Below are positions 14,808 to 22,697 of a stretch of 64,000 bases of DNA, in pieces. The position numbers were made by a program, and so were the translations under genes. The notes below the pieces were generated by a model, which was not told the origin of the DNA, did no database searches, and saw nothing but the letters and a program-made list of their open reading frames with translations. This DNA comes from Convolutriloba macropyga (lineage: Eukaryota): contig NC_134470.1 in NCBI RefSeq assembly GCF_964194025.1, forward strand, positions 52,452,001-52,516,000, read 5' to 3'. The stretch's first letter is position 1. Every line of letters starts with the position of its first letter.

Positions 14808-15319
14808 ACAAAAACGAAAATCGGCCAAAAATAAGCCAAACCCTCATGTTTACACATACCATTAAAATAAAAAATGGCCAAAAATAAGGCAAACCCGCAT
14901 ACTCGCGCATACCATGCGCACCCGCATTGTTGCGCATAGTCTCCCTACTCAGAATAATGCGCAAGCATGCGAATATGCGCTTATCACTTAATTTTTTCGA
15001 GAATTTTATTATAATTATATTTTTGGCGTATAATTCTTTTAAAAATAGGGCTAGACATAAGGCTAGGGATAAGGATATGGATTAGGCTATAGATAAGGCT
15101 ATAGATAAAGCTAGAGATAAGGTTTGAGCTAAGACTTGAAATAAGGCTATGGATACAGCTAGAGATAAGGCTAGAGATAATACTATAGATAAGGCTATAG
15201 ATAAAGCTACTCTTCTATTAATTTATCTATATCTACACCTTTGGCTGTTAATTTTCAATATAATAGATAATATTTATAATACTCTGATTCTTCTTTTGGA
15301 TGAATACCCTTAGCTAGAT

Positions 15320-15952
15320 CTATATTCTTCTGAGATTTTGTATATGACTCCTTAACCCGCTAAAGCTGATAATCGAAGGACAATATTCGCACTTAACTTT
15401 AGTTGAATTGCGTTCTTTACATATTGACGTCTTTTTAACAAAACATGTTATTTGTTTTATAATTCCACATCTATTACAAATTTTATTTGTTATATCAAAT
15501 TCGACATTGGGACTCTCGCCATTGGCCCTACAATTGCTTTGCATATTAGAATCAGTGAAACTGCTTCGCAGATTAGAATTAGAATTAGAATCAGTGAAAC
15601 TGCTTTGCAGATTGAAATCAGAGTCAGAATTGGAAATAGAATTAGAATTAAACCCAGAATTAGAATAAGAATTAGGATCAGAATCAAAATTAGAAATAGA
15701 ACCAGAATCAGTGAAACTGCTTCGCAGATTAGAAAAAGAGCTAGAGCTGGATTTAAAGATAGAGCTAGAGCTAGATCACTTTGAAGCAGTACTTCTTATC
15801 TTAGAAGAAATTTCTGCCACAAAATTACCTCTTATTGATTGATTTCCACATGTACACTTAATAACTTTATCTTTATGTTCTATTTTATAATGAAAAGGTA
15901 AATTGTGTGGGGTGCCACATCCATAATTACAATCTAAGCATTTCATGTGCAT
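15320..15952 (-). pseudogene. Polinton zinc-finger protein with Ser/Asn-rich linker (one internal stop)
   Basis: ATG 15952 reads MHMKCLDCNYGCGTPHNLPFHYKIEH...KCTCG. After a TGA at 15778-15776 the same frame continues through an S/N/D-rich tract into ORF 15320-15544 (CNRC, CEYC...H). Confidence 0.6.
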
Positions 15953-16140
15953 TATTTATAAGGATTTAGATTATAATATATTAATAAACTCAAACATCTA
16001 ATCAAACTTATATATTTAAATTTATAATTATTTATTTTTCTATATTTATAATTATACTTATATTTATATTAAAAATTATTAATTTTTTTTTTATTTATAA
16101 TTATACTTATATTTATATTTAAAATTATTTATTTTTACAA

Positions 16141-17694
16141 TCAATTATAACTAGCCAGAATTCCAGTTAAACTTCTAGCATGATCTTTAGAGAAGGCAAA
16201 CTGAGCAAATATATCCATACCCAACTTATTAAGTGTATTATATTTATATCTTTTATCTATAATCTTTTCATTGCTGAATTCAGTTTCATCACTAATAAAA
16301 TTTATAATTCCTTCTCTAAATTTTTGATTCCTTTTATACAGATTATTTAAATTATCTCTACCCCTTTTGTTTAGAGCTTCAGTATCTTCATCTGTGTATT
16401 CATCTAGTTGGATTGATTTACTAGATAAACTATATTGTTCGATCTCTTGAAATGAAGGTGGTGATCCAAATCCATAGTTCAATAATGTACCTGCTCTATT
16501 TATCATATGACTTGCATGTGCTGACACATGTGCCGCAGTTCTTACTGCTGGATCGGATTTAATATAATTATACATCATGAAAAATTAAGCTATAATTCCA
16601 CTTAAGGCTGATATTGACTTCATACCATCCGCTTTAACTGTTCTTTAGTTAGAACATCATTCTGAATTTTAATATCCCTTGAAGCAAGAAATTTATTAAA
16701 ATAGAACGGATAGTTATCTGCATTAATAGTATTTCTATCTCTGGCATTAATCATAAGTGGTTTCGTATATGCTATAAGTTTATCTATCTCATCACTTTCT
16801 AATTTATCTTTTAAACTAAAAGCTTTCAATTCCATATGACCAACTCTCGATTCATATATCAAAGTATTATTTTCACCAATAATTTTAAAAGGTTTTTTTT
16901 TAATATTATACTTAACTATACCATAACGAAGTTCATTGGCCATTCCATCTGGGCAATTATAATAACTATTTTTTAACTCATGACTTATTTCATAAAATTC
17001 ATGTTCACAATTAAATGTTGCAATAAAATTTTTAAATAGATGTGCCCCATTATAAGTTGTTATATAAATAGAATCACAATTCATTCTGGACATATTATCT
17101 ATCTGAGCTGGTTTATGACACATCACAATCATTTGAATTTTATTATGTCTTCCTTCTGTAAAATAATATTTTATATTGGTACCAAACTCACTACCCACAT
17201 CATCAAGAAGAATTATACTAATTTGAAATTTTTGTATGTTGTTAATTGTAATCATATTTATATCACCCAATTCAAATTCATCATAGGGAACACCAGTCTC
17301 GGGATTTATCCAATCCCTTTCATCTTTACGTACTGTTATAATGTTTTGGTAATCTTGTTTCTGACCATGTTCTTGACCTTGATCTATATTGTTTTTGTCA
17401 ACGTGACCTTGCTCTATATTGTTTTTATCAACTTGATGGGTCCTCTCCTTTAACTCACCATTTAAGATTGACTTCAAATATTGTCTAACAAAATAAGTCT
17501 TCCCGGTACCAAAACCACCATAAATAATAGTATGTAATGGCGACTTTTCAAATTCAAATCTAAGTACTCTTCTATGTATAAATCCGCCAAAACTTTCTTC
17601 TATTTTTGCATATTTACTTGGTATTGAATCATATATTATATAACCAAAACACAATTATTAAATTAAATAAAAAAATTGCACTGACCGTCTCCAT
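16141..17694 (-). pseudogene. Second A32/FtsK-HerA-like P-loop ATPase with hydrophobic N-terminus and C-terminal extension (frameshifted)
   Basis: ORF 16620-17654 has Walker A GGFGTGKT, Walker B IILLDD and the EGRH motif followed by IQMIVMCH. ATG 17694 (METVSAIFLF) joins by a frameshift. A further frameshift and stop link it to ORF 16141-16578. Confidence 0.75.
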
Positions 17695-17710
17695 TTTTTA
17701 TAAAATAAAA

Positions 17711-18148
17711 ATGCTTATTCTAACTTTTGAAGAATTTAATAATGAATTTGGTATTAATAATGAACCAATGAGTAATATCAGAATAAAAGATATAGGAAAA
17801 GATATAAGTCTAACTCCAATTGAGATAGTAATGAGAGATGAGAAACCAGAAATGATTAATGAGAATAGCTTCAAAATTGTTGTAAATCTACATCCAACTG
17901 ATGGTACTCATTGGGTTTTAGTTATAAAAAGAGAAGATGACACCATCTATTACTTTGACAGTTTTGTTGTTGAGACCCCGCCATTATTCTTAAAAGAATA
18001 TAATGATCTGGGTTCCAATGAAAGAATACAAGAATACGATGAATCTTATTGTGGGGTTTATTGTTTATATATGATCTATCTTATTGATAATGGTTTTATA
18101 ATAAAGAGAGCTTTGGATATTCTAGTTAATCAAGTTAAATGTCCTTAA
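17711..18148 (+). CDS. Adenain/Ulp1-like cysteine (maturation) protease of the Polinton
   Basis: VVNL...GTHWV, YYFDSF and IQ...SYCGVYC give the His/Asp/Gln/Cys catalytic set; ATG 17711 preceded by TAAAATAAAA. Confidence 0.9.
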   Translation: MLILTFEEFNNEFGINNEPMSNIRIKDIGKDISLTPIEIVMRDEKPEMINENSFKIVVNLHPTDGTHWVLVIKREDDTIYYFDSFVVETPPLFLKEYNDLGSNERIQEYDESYCGVYCLYMIYLIDNGFIIKRALDILVNQVKCP

Positions 18149-18732
18149 GGATATAAAAAGTGTCTGTGTTTGAGTTGTAAAGTTAAAAGTAAACTTGAAG
18201 TTAATCAGGAACATGTTTCACAGATGATAATGATAATGCTAATGATAATCAGGGAATCTGCTTCGCAGATGTTAATGGTAATGGTAATGGTAATTATAGC
18301 GATAATGATAGTTATAATGATAATGGTAATGATAATTGTAACTATAATGGTAATCAGGGAACGCGCTTCGCAGATGATATTGATAATGATAACTATAATA
18401 ATAATTATAATGATAATGTTAATGGCAAACAAGAATTCCCTTTATCATCAGATGACGTAGCAACGGCGAAGCCGTTTCACGGATGGTCAGAGACCAATCA
18501 GCGAAGCTGGTTCACAGATCAGGGAACCTGCTTGGCTAGCCACTAGCAGAGCTCGTTCGCAGATGATAATGATAAATTATTTACTAGAACCAAACAAAGA
18601 GATAAAGCTTGTTCACAATGTGGATGTGATAATAGCTATGGAATTGTTGGTATGAGAAAGTCAGTGAACCATACTCAAAGAAGTAGTGTAAACAAATTAT
18701 TAATCGATGTTAATAGAAGTCTATAATCATGA

Positions 18733-19332
18733 TTAACTGACAGTAATATAACAGTCTATGCCCCATTCCCAGAAAATCTCAGATGTATAATATCTGGTCC
18801 TAGTGAATGTGGAAAGACAGTCTTATAAAAGAATCTATTCATACCCGGCGTACATTTTGATAGGTTACATATCATTGGTCCTACTGGCAGCCGATATAAT
18901 GATATCAGGGAAGCCGCAAAGGAGATCGTATTTATTGAAGACATAAAAGAATTACGCCTACCTGATAAACTACCGAAAGATATAAAGAAACTCATGATAT
19001 TTGATGATATTATAGCTAAGGAACCAATTTTTAATGAATACTTTTGTAGAGCTAGACATGAAAATTGTGATATGATATATCTTAAACAAAATATATTCTC
19101 AGCAGATAGACAGAATGTTAGAGAGAACTGTATTTTCTTTGAACAAACGGGCAAAGCCGTTACTGCTATATATTATGATCATTTTACTGGATCTCAACTT
19201 AGTTATAATGATTTTCGTAATATATGTGAAAAAGTATGGTCTAGTCCTTATAATTACATTGTCATTGATAAATCTAAAAATAGATTTGATTGCGGCAAAC
19301 TAAGAATTAATTGGGATTGGAGAGTTTTATAA
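18733..19332 (+). pseudogene. A32-like DNA packaging ATPase (internal stop)
   Basis: One frame reads PFPENLRCIISGPSECGKTVL*...LMIFDD...FCRARHENCDMIYLKQ...RENC...PYNYIVID: Walker A, Walker B, Arg finger and conserved Q. Confidence 0.88.
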
Positions 19333-19565
19333 TTAAGTATAAGTATTATTATGAGTATAAGTACGAGTCTAAATCTAAGTCTAAGTATAAATCTAAGTCT
19401 AAGTCTAATTATAAGTATAAGTCTAAGTATAAGTATAAGTCTTTATTTATGACTAAGTATAAGAGTAAGTCTATAACTAAGTATGAGTCTGAGTATAAGA
19501 GTAAGTCTAAGTCTAAGTTTAAGCCTATGAGTAAGTCTAAGTCTAAGTCTATGACTAAATCTATA
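19330..19565. repeat. Hexamer-period tract (AAGTCT/AAGTAT)n between convergent genes
   Basis: Direct inspection; explains the spurious KSKSKYK ORF. Confidence 0.85.
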
Positions 19566-20088
19566 TCAGATGCAAAGTAAAACTCAATGCATTCCCATTG
19601 AAGTCTATAGGTCTTCCATGCTCATCTTTAATATGAAATTCAATATACTCTATTCTATCCTTTGTTACATTTTGATATGAGATATTAGTTGGTATAATAT
19701 TTATCAGGTAACCTGGAAGTTCTGTTAGAGTAAAAGTATATAGTATGTGTGTGCAAAAAGCTGTAGGTATAGAATAAGGTAATCCTATACCTGTTAATGC
19801 AACTGATGTTGATGTAGCAGTTGTTGCTATAGATGATAATACTATTTCTGTTATCACAGCTACGGTAATATAATTCTTATATCTACTTGACTTCTTATTA
19901 TAATTATTAGTTTTAGTTTCATAATAATTTTTAATATCTTTTATAATGTTAATGTTGTTATTAAAAATATTTTTAGCTTGAGTCTTTACATTTATCTGTT
20001 TCTCAGCCGCTTCGCGGATCAATCTTTCTGATACAGATGATAGATCTGGATATAATAATCTCACACTCGGTGCTGTTGGTTGACTCAT
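19561..20088 (-). CDS. Chimeric ORF: N-terminal Polinton membrane protein (PTAP, LYPDL) fused to a minor capsid (penton) C-terminus
   Basis: MSQPTAPSVRLLYPDL, a basic helical region and a hydrophobic segment, then ILYTF...PGYLI...P.NI.Y...IEYIEFHIKDEHGRPIDFNG..LSFTLHL, which matches my recollection of Polinton penton C-termini. Confidence 0.65.
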   Translation of the reverse strand: MSQPTAPSVRLLYPDLSSVSERLIREAAEKQINVKTQAKNIFNNNINIIKDIKNYYETKTNNYNKKSSRYKNYITVAVITEIVLSSIATTATSTSVALTGIGLPYSIPTAFCTHILYTFTLTELPGYLINIIPTNISYQNVTKDRIEYIEFHIKDEHGRPIDFNGNALSFTLHLI

Positions 20089-20836
20089 TTTCAGTAGTAA
20101 AATAACTCTCAATATCCTTCATTATATCTTCTTGATTAAAATCATAATGCATCTCTAGTCTTGCTTGTTCTTTGTTTTCTAGTAGCTTACTTTCTAGTAA
20201 TATAGCTATTATATATTTTATAACTATCTTCATTAATAATATATGGTTTTGTTTTAAATCTCTCCATCTATCAACACATGCATCGCCCAATTGAATATTA
20301 GTATTTGACTGATTAAACTTATTGTTATCGAACTCCATTTTTAATTCATTATATTTAGAAATGGTATCAGCGGAAACTTTGTTGCCAAAATGAACAATTT
20401 TAGTTTCAATTTCAGTCAACTTATTGGCTAATGTGGATATATTAGATGAGTTAAGAGAAACTAGTTCAACTGTATCACCATCAATCCACACACTATCTCC
20501 ATTGGTTGTGGATGATGGCAAACCAATAATGTTTGCATTTAATTGATCGGTTGTAACTTCTTCAAATTCACCTTTTCTTAATTCACTTATATTTTCACTT
20601 AAATTATTTAATTTATTATTAGATGATAATAGGTTATTATCAAAACACTCTTTATTAACCACATCTTTTTGATCTATGGGAGTGTGTACATTTGTAATTT
20701 TATAAGTATCTTTCATGTCAATATTATCATTATCTTCTAGGAATAAACAATGAGCCTTAATTAGTGTTAAGTTGTTCATTGATGTTGATGTTGATGTTGA
20801 TTGATGCTTAGCCTGATTGAATCTATTTCTTGTCAT
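20003..20836 (-). CDS. Polinton hypothetical protein, possibly fibre-like
   Basis: 277-aa ORF. KITNVHTPIDQKDVVNKECFD resembles the ITNLxxPxxxxDAATKxYVD motif of phage/viral fibre proteins; heptad-rich segments follow. Confidence 0.5.
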   Translation of the reverse strand: MTRNRFNQAKHQSTSTSTSMNNLTLIKAHCLFLEDNDNIDMKDTYKITNVHTPIDQKDVVNKECFDNNLLSSNNKLNNLSENISELRKGEFEEVTTDQLNANIIGLPSSTTNGDSVWIDGDTVELVSLNSSNISTLANKLTEIETKIVHFGNKVSADTISKYNELKMEFDNNKFNQSNTNIQLGDACVDRWRDLKQNHILLMKIVIKYIIAILLESKLLENKEQARLEMHYDFNQEDIMKDIESYFTTENESTNSTECEIIISRSIICIRKIDPRSG

Positions 20837-21706
20837 CTTTGTATTTGTTTACAGTAAGAATTATACCTAATGTTTCCAAAACCTTATTATTAGATTCAAA
20901 ATCAAACTCGGATTTTAATATTTCATGTTCATAATATTTACCTTCTATTATCTCTCCATTGACGTCTTCTATTCTGTATGTTGGTGGTTGTGTTTTTAAA
21001 ACTTCATTAACTTTAAACAGTTCTCTATTCCAATTACAAGTGTATCCTTTAGAGAAAATGTTACGTTTATCTGCATTTCTAACATAATCACCAACTTTAA
21101 GTTTAGGTTTAATATTCTTAAAATTGAATGAGTATTTAAGTTATCGGGAATATTAGAAACATCAGCGGGTGTCATATCAATAGTAGAGTGAATGTTATTG
21201 TTATAAGTTATTACTGCATCATTTAATATATTTATACAATTACCATCACCATTGATGAACAGTGGTTTATTGATTATGTGTAGTAGCGTTCTAATAAATC
21301 TCTGTTTAAATACAGCCTTTAAATCACTATAAGTAGAATATAATTCAGTTTCATATTCTTTAAGTGAAGATTTAAATGTTTTATTGTAAAACTAACTACC
21401 TCGATCTACCCATAACTTTTCTGGTTTTCGTCCTTCTGATAGGATTGTTTTAGAGCCATTAGTTATAGATAAACCAGATTTTTTCTTCAATGGAATAACC
21501 CATGCATAATTTGTGAATATATCTATAACTGTTAATTTAAATTTATAAGTATTATTGTATTTACTTAGAGATGATTTGTCTATCAAATCAGCTGACCATG
21601 TTTCATCTTTATATAATGGTATTATTCTTTCTCTTCTAAACTTTGTGATTTGGGGACTAAATACTTCTTTAGCTAGTAGTTGTTGTTGTTGTTGTTTTTC
21701 CACCAA
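20823..21706 (-). pseudogene. Retroviral-like (c-int) integrase of the Polinton, disrupted
   Basis: TWSADLID, LTVIDIFTNYAW.IPLK, LWVDRGS*FYN, YNNNIHSTIDMTP, KVGDYVR, FSKGYT.NW..E.F. Contains a stop and a frameshift, and the third catalytic position reads Q (KAVFKQRF). Confidence 0.92.
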
Positions 21707-21709
21707 TAA

Positions 21710-22580
21710 CTACTTACCATAATTAAAAACAAAATTGTCGAGTTGTTCTTGATTAATAATATTCATAGATAATAGTTGTTTAGATATATTTAACATTTCA
21801 TCATATAATCCATCATAACCAGCTTTTGTTTCTAGTATAGGTAATTCTAGTCTTTCTACTAAATTATTTGGGTCTGTTTTGTAGCTATGATTGTCATGAT
21901 TGTTGAGTTTATCTTTAAATAAACCATTACCATATACACCATCTTTTCCCATTAGTATGCGTTTTTTTGTTCTTTATCTACTACTTTTCTTATCACCTTT
22001 TCTAAAATCATATCTCATATCTAGTAAACACCTTTTAATTTTGTTTTCTTTGATATCACCATCAAATAATGCATGTGGGTTAGTAAGAAAGTTAGTAAAT
22101 CTGTCTGAAAACTCATATATATTATCCTTTACTAAAAATGCACCCTGCTCTAGAGTTATATTAACACCATTCATTTAATATCTCCTAGTAGGTAAATCTA
22201 CGAGTTCTAATTTTAATTGAGGAATAGTTTGCGCCCCCATTTTATGAAGAATCTTGGTTATCCCTGTATCAACACAAACTGGTGCTATTTCTTGAGTTTT
22301 CTCTATGGTTTCCTTTGACAAATCGGGCTTCATTAATGTCTCGTTTCTAGTTTGCTCTATCATCTTAGTTTGTTTAGCTAACTCTTGATTTTGCCAAGCT
22401 ATTGCTTTAAATGTTCGTTCACCTAATGCTAGATTCTGTTCATTAATTGCATTTAGTGTTTTAGTTAGAGGATCAAATAACTCCATAATATTCTTGTTGT
22501 CTTTATTTTTCTTTTAATCTATTTCTTATGTTTAGTTTTTCTAGTTTATTTAATTCTACGAATTTATCTAGCTCAGTCAT
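21710..22580 (-). pseudogene. Conserved Polinton protein upstream of the integrase (fragmented)
   Basis: ATG 22580; fragments 22175-22486, 21974-22174 and 21710-21952 are collinear. The C-terminal DPNNLVERLEL...KAG...EMLNI..LL...II resembles a motif I recall from Polinton ORFs adjacent to the integrase. Confidence 0.6.
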
Positions 22581-22697
22581 TTTTTATTTATAAAGAAAAA
22601 ATAATTATTTTTTAACGATAATCATACTAACTGCTAAGTAGTTTTGTATTCATAGTCATATTCATGTTTATATTTATATTCATATTTTTATTTAAAT

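Noticed and set aside
15408-15784. RIRIRI / ELELEL / ILILIL ORFs
   Set aside because: Alternative frames of a hexamer repeat; the Cys-containing minus-strand frame is the plausible one.
18170-18460. Ile/Met-rich hydrophobic ORFs on both strands resembling membrane proteins
   Set aside because: Off-frame readings of a (GATAAT)n tract.
19311-19580. KSKSKY-rich ORF resembling a basic DNA-condensing core protein
   Set aside because: TTG start and entirely explained by a hexamer repeat; no independent support.
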